A program made the position numbers and the translations under genes. The notes below the pieces were generated by a model. It ran no database searches. It saw only the letters and a program-made list of their open reading frames with translations, and was not told the origin of the DNA. Positions 39,542 to 52,955 of a stretch of DNA of 64,000 bases are shown here, piece after piece. The DNA is from Eukaryota sp. GEM-RC1 (lineage: Eukaryota), in assembly GCA_040285855.1 (NCBI GenBank), contig JAUFOQ010000005.1, positions 1,860,001 through 1,924,000 of the forward strand, given 5' to 3'. How positions within the stretch are numbered: position 1 is the first letter of the stretch; each line of letters begins with the position of its first letter.

Positions 39542-39824
39542 CAGGGAGTGGCTGTATTTAGCAAGTATGGTTTAGATGCTTTTGTTAGTGTCTGTTAGTT
39601 ATTAACTTCTGCAAATGCATTAATTTCACTGATTGATCATAAACACCGTATTTTATATAATATATCTATCATTATATTTCTTGAAATTGACAAGCGAACA
39701 ATGATCGAAAAATCAAAGAAAAAGGAAATACTTCCCCTGTAAACTCTCCTAAATTTCAGATTCTGAACAGTCTTTTATTTTTAAAAAAGAAGAACCTTTT
39801 TAAATCTAACTTTTTGAAAACTAT

Positions 39825-41508
39825 TTAAGACTCATTGAGTCCAATTACTCCCACTATTTTAAGTCTAGGATTAACTTTCAACGCCTCTGCCAAAGCTCTG
39901 GCACCTTCATCTCTGATAGTGTTGCTATCCAGATTAATACTGGTAATTGAAGCATTAACTTTCAATACATCTGCCAAAGCTCTGGCACCTTCATCTCCAA
40001 TGGAGTTTCCACCTAGATCAATACTGGTAATTGAAGCATTAACTTTCAATGCATCTGCCAAAGCTCTGGCACCTTCAGCTTCGATAGAGTTGTATCTCAG
40101 AACAACACTTGTAACTGAAGCATTCACTTTCAACGCATCTGCCAAAGCTCTGGCACCTTCATCTCCAATAGAGTTGTGCTGCAGAATAATAATTGTAACT
40201 GAAGCATTAACTTTCAACGTATCTGCCAAAGCTCTGGCACCTTCATCTCCGATACGGTTTGTACATAGATCAACACTTGTAACTGAAGCATTAACTTTCA
40301 ACGCCTCTGCCAAAGCTCTGGCACCGTCAGCTCCAATAGAGTTTCCACCTAGATCAATACTTGTAACTGAACCATTAACTTTCAATGCATCTGCCAAAGC
40401 TCTGGCACCTTCATCTCCAATGGAGTTTCCACCTAGATCAATACTGGTAATTGAAGCATTAACTTTCAATGCATCTGCCAAAGCTCTGGCACCTTCAGCT
40501 TCGATAGAGTTGTATCTCAGAACAACACTTGTAACTGAAGCATTCACTTTCAACGCATCTGCCAAAGCTCTGGCACCTTCATCTCCAATAGAGTTGTACT
40601 GCAGATTAATAATTGTAACTGAAGCATTAACTTTCAAAGCCTCTGCCAAAGCTCTGACACCTTCATCTCCAATAGAGTTGTTATACAGATTAACGTCGGT
40701 AACAGAAGTATTAACTTTCAAAGCCTCTGCCAAAGCTCTGACACCTTCATCTCCAATAGAGTTCTCATACAGATGAACGTTGGTAACTGAAACATTAACT
40801 TTCAATGCCTCTGCCAAAGCTCTGGCACCTTCATCTCCAATAGAGTTTCCATCTAGAGTAACACTTGTAACTGTAGTATTGGTTTTCAACGCTTCAACCA
40901 ATAACATAGAAACAGAGGTGCGTTGGAACACTTCTACTTCTAGTTGCTTAAGACGTGGAAATAAAGAAAAAGAAGTGTTTAGAAACTCTAAATCAGAGGG
41001 TTCCTCTAGTTCGATTCTCAATCCTGTAATTAAACCAGAATAATTAAGAAAGTTCTCAATTTCTAGGGTTCTGTAAGCGTACATGAAAACCGATTGTAGA
41101 TCCACTCCAAAGAAAGACGCAAGTGAAATTAGCTTGGGAAGGTCTTTAAGATCAACATCAAAAGTGTATAACTGAAAAATGACTTTAACTGCTTGGAATG
41201 AAGAATCAAGGAAGTGATTACTTACATAGCCGACTTGTCCAAAGAATGTAGGTAAACCTGTTTTCAAAGCAGCGAGTTGAGGCTTAGTTTGACCATGGAT
41301 ATTTTCGAGAGTACGCTTCAGAAGACGTCTCAGCAAGTGGAGATGGATCAGAACCAACAAAGACTGCTGAACATGGACACGTTTAGAGGGGAGAATCTGT
41401 GGATGAAGCCGATACCGACAGTTCGTCACAGTTAGACATCACAGGGGAGATACTGGAAGGGGATGAGCGACTCCTTTTCAACAATGGTTCAGGGAGAGGT
41501 GATGTCAT
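39825..41508 (-). CDS. LRR family gene E (12 LRRs; one frameshift near the 5' end)
   Basis: ORF 39825-41429 plus the upstream family start MTSPLPEPLLKRSRSS (ATG at 41508). Confidence 0.88.
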
Positions 41509-42646
41509 TGATGGATCAAGAAACTAGAACATGAATGAGAACTTCAACAAACATGAAACATTCTCCATTCTCTAACTACCTTACAGACTTCATTCTCTTA
41601 CTACTGTCTGACAACCCTACATGTAACTTGGTGTTTTAACCAAGAACAACCAAACTCTCCAGTAACTTGATCTATTGTCAGTTTATCCTTATAACTCCTA
41701 TGTTCATGAATCATTCTTATGGACAAACTGAGACTTTTCATCAAATATGACTTACTGTTGTGCTCATAATAAATGTTACTATATATGAGCGTTACGGAGC
41801 ATGTCAATTATTCAATGCGATTTCTTGTAACAGTCTTGTTGCTTTTAGCGCGATAGTGATCAGTAATGGATTGTTCTGTTAGATGACGTGTCACATCACT
41901 GAATATTTACATATTCTACTGTTCCAACGTGCCTTCCACATTGATTGATTTAACAGTCCGTGTCGAGTTCTTGCTTGTGAGTGAATCTCATCATAACATA
42001 ATGGTTCATAGTAAGTTTGTGAAATGAATAGGTGAAATGTCGTGCATTTTTGGATTTTCACAGTGTGCAACTACAGTGGATAACGAATGGCTGTTAGCAA
42101 ATGACTGAATAAACTTTAAGATATTTTATCATTGGTATCATTGTCTTTTTATTGATATAATTGGGGAACAATTTTTGCAAATATTCAAAATCAAAATCAG
42201 AAATGAGTTGGGAATGTGGCCAAGAAATTCAACCGTTAAAATACTGGATATCATTAGGGATATATATGGTTAAGTTCACAAGAGAATGACCTAATGTACC
42301 AGATTCAACTGATGTTAGTTTGGACTATGGTTAGAGATTTATATCAAGCGACTACACCAAGAACTGTGAAAAAAATATACACATTTAAATAACGGCAATA
42401 AATTATTGCAAAAATAATGTATTTTGCTCAGGTAACATACGGCAATTATGGATTTTGCTAGTTGAAATACGGCAATCATTTATTGCTGATCTAGAAATTA
42501 TTTAAATTATTGGTACTAATCTGTGTGTATTTTGTTTCAACCATTAGTTTAATTACTGATTTACCATAAGTATAGATACCGTAAATTTATAAAAAACGGG
42601 GTTTATGATCAGTCAGTGAAATAAATGCATTTGCAGAAGTTAATAA

Positions 42647-43600
42647 CTAACAGACACTAACTAAAGTATCTAAACTATGATCCTTCTGTCCATCATCGAA
42701 CAACTTTCCTAAAATTGAATTAAAATATCTGTGCATTGAACGAAATGACGCAAACGTTAACCTACTCAACCAAAAGTTTTCATTGAAAACTTTACCATAC
42801 TCAGACCACAATTTACCAAAGGAAGTTAAAAAACCTTGTGCAGCTGGTCCATTATTACCGTATATCGACATCGCAAAAGGTTGAAACACAAAAGAATTGT
42901 ACCTGTCAACATTCAATTTGTTAATTAAGTGACAGTACTTTGTATTATTTCCTTTTTCAGCCACTTCAAAAGCAGAAACATCATCAAAAATTTGGAAATT
43001 GATCTTGAATTACAAGGATCAAGAGTTGTGAAATCCATACTAATTTGCTGACAAGATAACCAAGGACCAACCAAATCACCACGACTTTTATCAGCTTTTT
43101 TGATCAGAAAGATTAGCAAGTAAAGGTTCAATTATTCCTATATGATATAGTCTCCTTAATTTTGTCATCATTACCTTTATAATTGCCCAAAAACTTGACA
43201 CATTCATCTGAATAATTGACAAACGGAATGGAAGATTCCCCAAAATTCAAATCAACTGAAGAACGTCCAATGACAAGACATTTTTGAAAATTAATTGACA
43301 AACCAATACTTGAAGACAATTCAACAAAACGAAGAAAACTCGATTAAATGATTTCCAAAGGGCTAACCAAAGACGTATCATCAGCATACGAGTTTAACCT
43401 TAATCCTTGGAATTCGCTTGAGAATTTGCGAAGAATTCTTTGCAACGGCAGACAGAAAAGAAAAAGGGTCCAAAGGGTCGCCTTGTTTGACCCCACGATG
43501 CAATCGTATGTTCGTGATAAATTAATGAAGATGAATGACCGTACATAATTTCAAAATACGAGAGTAATTCAGGAAAATGATCTAACACGCGGAAAATACA
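42647..43600 (-). pseudogene. Internally deleted CRE-like non-LTR retrotransposon remnant
   Basis: QGDPL-like and YADD-region remnants, GLSINFQKC, SRGDLVGPW...MDFTTLD, FVFQPFAMSIYG; homologous to 23548-25896. Confidence 0.8.
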
Positions 43601-44180
43601 ATTTGACCTGAGAATACATCAAAATCATTGGTGGTTTTCTAGTCGTAGTTTGGATTCTTAACCTGGTCAAATCTCTTCAAGTATGTAAGTGATGATACTC
43701 TTAAATGTTAACAATAGTTCTTTTGCAAAGAGATACTGAGACTTGAAAAATTTAGAACTAAAACTGAATGATATGAAAGAATAGGAAGATGAAGGTTTGA
43801 ATATGGAAATGACAGGTTCAACTCAATATTTAAATTTATGGATGTTCATTATTCAGATCAACTAAACCTAAACCTATTTGGAACAGTGATCGAGTAAGAT
43901 ATATTTTGAGCTATTGTGCATTCCAAACAATAGTTTGAACTCTGACTCAAAACTGTTTCCCAGAACACAGAGTCCCGCTGGATTCTTTCAAGTATGAATT
44001 CAGTCCTGTGGCAGTTGTGTAGCGAAACAGAGAGCGTCATCATTTCATTGTGATCTCATAGTCCAGACTAAGAGCAGTTCAATTGGTTCACTTCGGTCAC
44101 TCAATCGTGAACAGAACCCCAGAAGTAAAGTTTTGAATTGAACAACTCTATTCTCAAAAATTAAGATATGGCCTAGAAGA

Positions 44181-46456
44181 ATGCACCACCTTTATGGTTA
44201 CTCAATCAGTGACAGTGATTCAGATAGAACATGGAGTGAGTTCTTGTCAGACATAAGTGAAGATGAACATGTTTCTGATTTAGATATAACTGCGGAAGAT
44301 CTAGCGGAATCTGACTTACCCTACTCTTCTGTTGATCGGATCAGATTGCTGGTCTGTAAATCCAAGTTTGTTTGGGTCTTCATCCTTCTGGCTGTATTTG
44401 CTTCTTTCGTCGGAATCTATCTTGCTGTTGTACTACGATCTGATCCCATATCGATAAGAGACGATGACACAACTTCTCCCCAAATTACTTTCTCATATCC
44501 CACTACTTTGAGCGACAATCTAGTTCTAAGGGCTCCTGATGATCTTGAGTTTGTTGAGTTGGTTTGGACTTGTGATATTGCTGGACTATTAGAAGATTAT
44601 GGCCTCTCTTCAAACCAAAATCCCGTTCTTGTTGTTGATGGACGTTCACTTCTGCTTAATGCCCATGCTGTCTTCAGTCTACGAGCATTGGGTCGTGATG
44701 GTAGCGTTTACTATTGTAGCGTTACTTTTCACCTTTTAAAACCTGCTAACCTGTCAGTTTCTCCACCAAACGGAACTTCTCTTACACCATTTTCGTTTTC
44801 TCTCTCTAATACGTCTCCTTATTTTCTCTATGAATGGTTCATTGTTCGTGGAGACAAATACCTCTCTCTTGGAGCACCATCACCCAAACCTACCTTAATT
44901 ACTTTGTTATCCCCGGGATACCTCGGGGATAAGGGGAGGGTAACAGTGATCTGCCGGACTCTTGACTTGAACTCTATGAATGTCATCAATGAGCGCAGTA
45001 TCAGACTAAAAGTTTCAGTTGCTAGTTCTGATATCATCCAACAAAAGGTCCTCATTTCAGAGCTCAAACAAAAGTATAATCCAATAGTACCTGCTGTTTA
45101 CGCACTCTCTGAAACTCTGCGTCATGCAGGAATGTATAACGACGCTGCTAAGACAATGAGAAATCATTTACGTGGTTTGATATATTATCAAGCAAGTCAT
45201 CCAATGTTCCTAGAAACTTTGAACTCTCTTACTTGGACAGATCACGTGACACATCAAGCACTTGACTATGACACTTTGCTATCATTTGTTGATTCTTTGG
45301 AATTACTTTTTCCTATTACTACTCCTTCAATTGCAGTTAATTTGTTTAATATACTTGATACTGCTTTAAGCTCCTTTTCTGGTTCTGCTTATAGCAGAAA
45401 ACTTGACTTAATACTAGCTACTATAATTGATATTTCCAACAGCATTGGAGTTACGTACTCTGGTAAAACATTTGATATCAAATGCACTTCTAACATTGCG
45501 AAACCTAGATTTCCTCTTGTTGAGAATGGCGTAGGAGCGATTTATACGTCAAGTAATAGCTCTTGTTTATGTGCAGTAGTTCTTAAAAAGAAAAGAAACC
45601 TCCTTTTGGATCCAACTATTTCGACATTTGTTTTTAATTCAAATAACTTATTTGGAGGTCCACTTGTGAAAATAGAATTTCCAAAAGGTGATCCAATTTC
45701 TGATCACAAAAACTTTGTTCTATTTGGAATGCTGCTGCAGATGTTTGGACATACTCATCTGTGAAGACTTCCTATAAGTCTGACTCTATTGTTTGTACAA
45801 CAACAAGACTATCTGCAGTCAAGGTCGTTGACGTCGAAGTAGTGTTAGCTAATGATGATGAACATGACAGCGTTATGATAAATTATATGCTGAGTGTCTT
45901 TGTTGGGGGTGTTGTCATTAACTACATGTTTTCCCCCTTTGCTATTCTTCTTGTAACATTGTGTCAAGGTTCTTATGAGGATGAATGGTCGTGTTTAGAC
46001 AAGTTTTTAAAGCTCACAGTTTTTATTTCTGTATTTTCACTTCTTGTAGGTATGACTTTCGGATTTGCTGCTGCATTCACTACCTTTATTGTCTCATTTA
46101 TGATTGGTCGAGCGTTTTATATGTGCTTTGGTTACACTAAGTTTCATTTTCTCCATAGCACAAGCATTATAATGTTCTTAATTATCATGTTTTCCAACTC
46201 AGATTTATTAATTTTACTCGCTGTTTGTCTTATGTCAATCTTGGTGTTTGTTTGTTTTGATATGGAACAGAGTAAAACGACTAGATGTCAGTATTGTGCC
46301 CATTATGATTATCTTTTACCATCAATTGCTATTGTAGCTGGTACCACCTGGATGATTCCTGAAATCATGAATCGTCTCGCGACATTTGACTTTTTTACCT
46401 CTCTCCATGTACTTCATGTAGCAGACTGGTTCTTCCCTTTGTACAAGAGACTGTAG
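44181..46456 (+). CDS. Membrane protein with REJ-like module, GPS-like motif and multiple TM helices; frameshift in an A run near 45708-45712
   Basis: N-terminal TM; SVSPPNGTSLTPFSF...YEW...LSPG (REJ-like); the shifted frame reads CSIWNAAADVW...IVCTTTRLSAV (GPS-like) and runs into the hydrophobic ORF 45761-46456. Confidence 0.6.
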
Positions 46457-47597
46457 CACGATCTTGTGTTTTTAGATTAATCACTAAATTAACTGTAACA
46501 ACGTTTATAATTTTTGGTAGGATTTGTATTTATAAGTACGTATACTTTTAAACGAGTTAAACAATAACATGTTTGAAAATTAAATTATCAGCTGTAGTAC
46601 ATCACAGACGGTTTAAAGAAACTACTGTAGTTAGTAAAATTTGCAGTATACAGTATATCGATTGATGAATCGGATTGATCATGCTGATTGATGTATACGA
46701 CCATGTTCCAACGTTTCATACCAAAGCCTTCCTTTATAACCCTACTTTCTAATCATACTGTAAATACATACGTAGATGAAGAAGATCACCATTATCACTT
46801 AGTCAAAGTTTCGGTCCATGAACATTGTCTTCTGAACAAGTATATTAGTAACACACATGAGAGTCAGGAATAACAGGAAAACAACAGTAGTATCGGCTTC
46901 ACATCAAATTTGATTTGGCGTGATACTGTTATGGGAAAGACCAATAAAAACAGGTTTCGAAACAAAACTTCGTTTCAAACAGTTGGATGATGTATCAAAA
47001 GTGAAACTGGTGTTGAGTTGAAGAGATGTTTCTTATAACGTAAGGTTATTGTACAGAGAAGAGTGAATTCCGAAACTAACAATGGTGTATAACGGAAACT
47101 CGTCTTACTTGTCTCTCAATGATCCGGTAAAATCCTTGGATGTTTCCTGTCTTGGACAATCTTTCAGACAGATTGAACAATGCAATTCTCAAGGATGTGG
47201 GGTGGCACAGTAATAAAACTCAAAATGATGAATTGACCTTGATCCGGCTATTGAATGTACTATTTCAAACTACAGATATTCGTTCTGCAGACCTGATTAT
47301 AAACGCTTTTACAACGACATAATAAAAAAGATTCCAATGAAGAAGCTTCAAGCAACAGGGGGAAAAGACCAAGGAGAATCCTGTGGAAGAGGAATGACTA
47401 GAGGTGTCATGACTTGGAACATTCCAAACCACCTCACTTTGGCTTGAGTCATTTCAGTATGCCAAGTCAGATTTGGATATTTCTTTGCTCAAGTTGACTT
47501 GTTTGACAGCTTTAGGAAGGCTACAGAAGAATTTCTTGCAGGCAAAAGTTTTGATGTAAAACTCCCCACTTTACACAGTTTAACCTAACCTGAATAG

Positions 47598-48641
47598 ATG
47601 TTCTTAGCAGCATCTAAACTCCTCTTCTTCGGCACTGTTTCAACTCTTCTGCTGAAGTCTTCCTTTCAAACACAATCTGTTGTTGATGGCCACAAAGCAA
47701 ATTTCAACAGTCCTTGGTTCATGACCTTCGTCATGTTTGTAGGTATCTTGACTACTGTCATAATTCACTCCAGGCATGTCTGGAGCACTTTCTTTACTCC
47801 AACTCATACCAAATCCTCTGATGAAGACTCTTCTCTCCTCATCAAACCAACTCACTCTCGATTCTGGTTCTTTATACCTACCCTGTTTGACTTGGCTGCA
47901 ACTGCCACGTCATCAATAGCCCTCTCCCAATCAACTGTTCCCAGCTCGTTGTACCAACTTCTTGGCGCTTCTCTTCTCATCTTCACAACGATTAATGCCA
48001 GAATCTTTCTTAAACGAAAACAAAACACCCATCAATGGATAGGAGTGTTACTACTCTGCGTTTCTATCGTTCTAGTTGCTTGTTCAGCCACGCTTGAAGA
48101 AGCTGGTCAAGAAGCTGAAGTCTTGACTGGAATTGTTCTATTGATATGTGCTCAATTGTTTTGGTCAGGTCAGTTTGTAGTAGAAGAGCTGTTACTTCAA
48201 CAACTTAACTCAACTACTGAGGAACTAGTAGGTTGGGAAGGAGTTTTTGGATCGGGGGTAATGATTTTCGTCTTCTTGCCTGTTTTGGAGAGCATGAGAG
48301 TCGAAAGCTCAATCATGTCAATTAGAATGATTATCAATCAACCATTATTGATTGCAATCATTCTAGTCTTCATGATTATAGTTCTTGCTTACAACATTTA
48401 CGGCCAACGAATCACACAACAACTTTCCTCTGTTCATCGAACAGTTATCGAGTCACTTAGATCTTTAACTGTGTGGGTCTTTGGTTTGACTCTTGGACTT
48501 CTTTCACAACAACGGTATGGGGAGGAGTGGACGAGGTATTCGTGGGTGAAGGGGATAGGATTTTTAGTTATGTTTATTGGAAGTTTAGTCTATAATGGGG
48601 CTCCTGGATTTAAATTGAAAGGGTTGATGTATAATGATTGA
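47598..48641 (+). CDS. SLC35F6-like drug/metabolite (DMT) superfamily transporter
   Basis: About 10 TM segments; FNSPWFMTFVMFVG, PTLFDLAAT, SLYQLLGASLLIFT, QFVVEE, VGWEGVFG, SSVHRTVIESLR. Confidence 0.85.
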   Translation: MFLAASKLLFFGTVSTLLLKSSFQTQSVVDGHKANFNSPWFMTFVMFVGILTTVIIHSRHVWSTFFTPTHTKSSDEDSSLLIKPTHSRFWFFIPTLFDLAATATSSIALSQSTVPSSLYQLLGASLLIFTTINARIFLKRKQNTHQWIGVLLLCVSIVLVACSATLEEAGQEAEVLTGIVLLICAQLFWSGQFVVEELLLQQLNSTTEELVGWEGVFGSGVMIFVFLPVLESMRVESSIMSIRMIINQPLLIAIILVFMIIVLAYNIYGQRITQQLSSVHRTVIESLRSLTVWVFGLTLGLLSQQRYGEEWTRYSWVKGIGFLVMFIGSLVYNGAPGFKLKGLMYND

Positions 48642-50524
48642 GGGTTTTGATTGAAGAAACTCTTTTGAAGAACGTTTTGCACTGTACTGAAATGATTCAA
48701 TTTCTTGTTTTTTCAATTAATTTAATTTTAATTGTTGTTATGAGAGATTGTGATGAGCGTTCAAGTTCAGCTACGTGTTCTAAATTAGAAGTTTTCTTTA
48801 GAATTTTGGAATACGTTGAAATTATACAAAGATTACAACATGTTAGATGATTTAATAAAAACCAAAACACTGAAGACAATATTTAAATATTTGGTATGTT
48901 GTCCAACAGATGTAACGCCTGCTTGGTTTCAGTCATAACTACACATTTCAACACTCCAGTCAATGTCAAATCACCAATCAATTCGAATCAGCGGTCACGT
49001 TGTTTAGCTCACATCGACTTAAAGTCGAAGTAAATTAGTGCTATCAACTCGGTATAAACTTGGTTCATAAAGTAAATGATTCCAAAAACTTAAGTTACAT
49101 GTATTCACTAGGTTCCACGATGTAATTTTGTTCAGTGATTCACCGGTAGATGACACACTTGTTCAATGTGGGTAAAAATATACTGCACCACCGTTTATCC
49201 TATTAAGTATGATTAAATAAAGTTTATTTATTTTTGGTATTATTGGTCCTGCCGGTTTAAAGTTTTTCAGTGATTATAGTCTTTTATGTCGTTCTAATGA
49301 CAAGGTGTTTAATAACGATGTATGGATTAATCGAATTATGTTCGCTCTTTATAGAAGCATTCTCAAGTATTTATGTTCCATTTATTCGAAGTTGTATAAG
49401 GACAATTCTCGTGTTGATGTGGAGAATTTAACTTCTTTCATTTTCTGAATTACTATGTCTTAATTTATTGTTGCAAATAAACTCTGTATATTAAATAAAG
49501 TATATGATGTAATTAACATAACATTAAAACTTCAATAAACCTTAAGGGACTAAATCTAATGTATGTAGTGGTCAACAAATTGTAACTGACGTACCACTTG
49601 GTGTACAGCAATAGAATTTTAAATCAATGTAGCACTTTGCTTGGTTACGTTTTAGTCTTTGATTTTCACTATTGGTTTTCCATAATTCGTCCTAGCAGTA
49701 TTTTTTGTTCTAATTGTTTATGATAGTAATCCTCTTACAATTCAAATATCTACCACTGCATTGGTATAATCCTCTGAAATGATCTTCTGTGGTGGTTTTC
49801 TTTATGTACCTCAATGATATGGGTCAAGTAACAGCTCTTGAATCAACATGTCTCCCTGACAAATTAGAAAATGAAAATGATGGTTGTTCTTAATCGAATG
49901 CCAGATCAAAGTAGTGTAGAAGATATTCGTTAATATTAAATTTGTTGATTTAATGGAAAGGTGGTGATATTTGTATAAAAGGACATGCTAATTCTTTGAG
50001 TTTGTACCAACAGAGTATGTTATTGGGCTTGTGGCATGCTGTATCCGTTAAATTCAACTTTTTAGTTAAAGTTTTCTTAGACTATCGTCATCATTTTCCA
50101 TTTCATCACTTTTGATGGATGTTGGGTTCAATGATGTACCAGTAACACGGGTTTTTCATATATCAAATTAAGAGCATTAAAGGTTAATCAGTGAACCCTC
50201 CAATACTGAATAAATTTTGAAATTTTGAAATTTTTCAACTGTAATGTTGGATGCGAAATACAGAATACATGTGTTATGTGTATTTTGTATTTGTATTAAT
50301 ACAGAGGCATGAAGTTGTATTTCCCATCTTAATTCCTAAACAAACTGGACCCAAAGATACTTGTGTAGTTTAAGATGAAGTTGTTAATGGATTAATTGAT
50401 TGTAATTACTTTAAGATATTTAAAAAGTCCAAATAAATCATCAAAAACCGCTCAGAAATGTGTGGCCTTAATAAACTTCCGATTTTCAACATATATAGTT
50501 TTAAAAAAACTAGTTTATATCTAA

Positions 50525-51697
50525 TTACAATCTATTGAGCAGACGTACACCCTCTATTTCAACTCTATGATTAACTTCCAACGCTTCCGCCAAAGCTCCG
50601 GCACCTTCATATCCAATAGAGTTGCCCTCGAGATCAATACTTGTAACTGAAGTATTAACTGTCAACGCCTCTGCCAAAGCTCTAGCACCTTCATCTTCAA
50701 TGGAGTTTGCATATAGCATTATAATTGTAACTGAAGTATTAACAGTCAACGCCTCTGCCAAAGCTCTAGCACCTTCATCTTCAATGGAGTTGAAATCCAG
50801 ATTAACACTTGTGACTGAAGAATTAACTTTCAATGCCTCTGCCAAAGCTCTAGCACCTTCATCTCCAATAGAGTTGTAACCCATATCAACAGTTGTAACA
50901 GAAGTATTAACTTTCAACGCCTCTGCCAAAACTCTAGCACCTTCATCTCCAATAGAGTTGTAACTGAGATCAACACTTGTGACTGAAGAATTAACTTTCA
51001 ACACCTCTGCCAAAGCGGTGGCACCTTCATCTCCAATAGATTTTCCACTTAGATCAACACTTGTGACTGAAGAATTAACTTTCAACGCTTCAATCAATAA
51101 CATAGAAACAGAGATGCGTTGTCTCACCACTTTCACTTCTAGTTGCTTAAGACGTGGAAATGAAGAAGAAGAATTGTTTAGCAACTCTAAATCAGAGGGT
51201 TTTCTTAGTTCGATTCTCAATCCTGTAATTATATCAGAATAACTAAGAAATTTCTCAATTTCACAGGTTCCATCAGCGTGTAAGAAAACAGATTGTTGAT
51301 CTGCTCCAAAGAAAGAAGCGAGTGAAATTAGTTTGGGAAGGTGTTCAAGATCAGTATGAAAGGTGTGTAATTGAAAATAGACTTTAACTGCTTGAAATGA
51401 AGAATCAAGGAAGTGATTACTTACATAGCCAATTTGTCCAAAGAATGCAGGTAATGCTGTTTTCAAAGCAGCGAGTTGAGGATTAGTTCGATCATGATTA
51501 TTTTCGAGAGTACGGTTGAGAAGACGTTTCAGCAAGTGTAGATGGATAAGAATCAACAAAGTCTGCTGAACATGGACAAGTGTAGAAGGAGGATGTGTGG
51601 ATGAAGAAAACACCAACATTTCATCAGAGTTAGACATCACAGAGGAGATACTAGGAGGGGATGAGCGATTCCTTTGCAATAAGGGTTCAGGGTTCAT
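50525..51697 (-). CDS. LRR family gene F (intact, 6 LRRs)
   Basis: ORF 50525-51721, likely ATG at 51697 (MNPEPLLQR); shared N-terminal domain plus repeats. Confidence 0.9.
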   Translation of the reverse strand: MNPEPLLQRNRSSPPSISSVMSNSDEMLVFSSSTHPPSTLVHVQQTLLILIHLHLLKRLLNRTLENNHDRTNPQLAALKTALPAFFGQIGYVSNHFLDSSFQAVKVYFQLHTFHTDLEHLPKLISLASFFGADQQSVFLHADGTCEIEKFLSYSDIITGLRIELRKPSDLELLNNSSSSFPRLKQLEVKVVRQRISVSMLLIEALKVNSSVTSVDLSGKSIGDEGATALAEVLKVNSSVTSVDLSYNSIGDEGARVLAEALKVNTSVTTVDMGYNSIGDEGARALAEALKVNSSVTSVNLDFNSIEDEGARALAEALTVNTSVTIIMLYANSIEDEGARALAEALTVNTSVTSIDLEGNSIGYEGAGALAEALEVNHRVEIEGVRLLNRL

Positions 51698-52955
51698 GGT
51701 GTGGTAAGAACTTTTCTCCAACCCTGCTGATTTGATCTCGATTTGGTTTTAAAACCAAGAACCCAAGAACTCCTACCGGTTCTTACTCGACTGTGAACAG
51801 AAACCCACAATAGTGTCTCTCTCCGTCGAGTATATATGATCCATGATGTCATTCACATCCGTTCTTATATGAATTTGTGTTGAATTTTTAGTTGAAGTGA
51901 ATTCTCATCATAAAACTGTTTAAACTTATTAAAACGGGCTAAACTTATTAAAACATTGGTTTAGCTTGTGGATTTGACCTGAACACTCTAAACATTGGGT
52001 TGACCTTCATAATCATACTACATAGCTAAATCAATAACTGTATGAAAGAGAATCCATCTATAATGTACCACTTCTAATGTACTTTTAAAAGCAATATAAC
52101 GTGAAGTACACTAATTTCTAAAGTTAAATTCTCCAAAATCAACGCAGGATGTGTCCTTTTCCAATTAGGATTAACAAGACTAAAAAGAGTTCTTCCCAAA
52201 TGATCATACACAGACTTTTTCCTTGAGCAACGTAAAACGACAGATTCACATTCATACTGCATTCAAAACTACTGGACCTCGATGACCGTAGTTTTGTTCA
52301 CTGTTTCAGTTTTATTACTGTTTTTGGTCAAACCAATCAGTTTTCTTCAAACGATTCACCTAATTAGAATGCTGACTATGTTTAGTCTCTCTTGATCACC
52401 ATGATAAACGCTTAGAGCGCAGTACTGTATGCTTTTGCAAACAAGTTATCTTTAAGTAGATAAACCACAACTAGGAATCTTCATCGTCCTTGGTGCATAA
52501 GATTACTTTACATTGCTGACTTCAATCCAATGGTCGAAATTTCCCACGTGTTTTTTAAAAGACACGGTGTTGGTGTTAACACCGTTGTCCACACGGTGTC
52601 TTTGATGTGTTTTTTTGAAAACAAGTGTGATCCACTTTGTAGAGTTTGATTTGATGAACACTGTTTTGGGCCAATTCTTGCATTTATCTGACATTTCATC
52701 ACTGAATCTTGGATTCTGTGGTTCTGTCGAGTTGAATTGGTGTTTGAGAGCGCATTATGTCAGTATTTTTGCAACTTTTTGCTGGCATTGTAGTCCATTG
52801 TTGTAGAACTTATAGGAAAACATTCAAATCAAACACTATCGAGGGGAGATAAAAGGGTTCTTTCGAAGTTTTCTGCAGAAAAACACATACACACGCGGTG
52901 TCTTTTTGCGTGTTTTTGAAAAGACTCTATCAAAGACTGCTTCAACCTACTACTA

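Noticed and set aside
39835..40776. Long antisense ORFs over LRR genes (also 11666-12331, 18678-19010, 28908-29300, 50622-51242)
   Set aside because: They mirror a repeat whose reverse frame lacks stops; no independent coding signal.
36851..41508. Functional linkage of RPT1 with the putative F-box-like LRR genes
   Set aside because: Adjacency in a eukaryotic genome where the LRR family is scattered is not evidence of a shared system.
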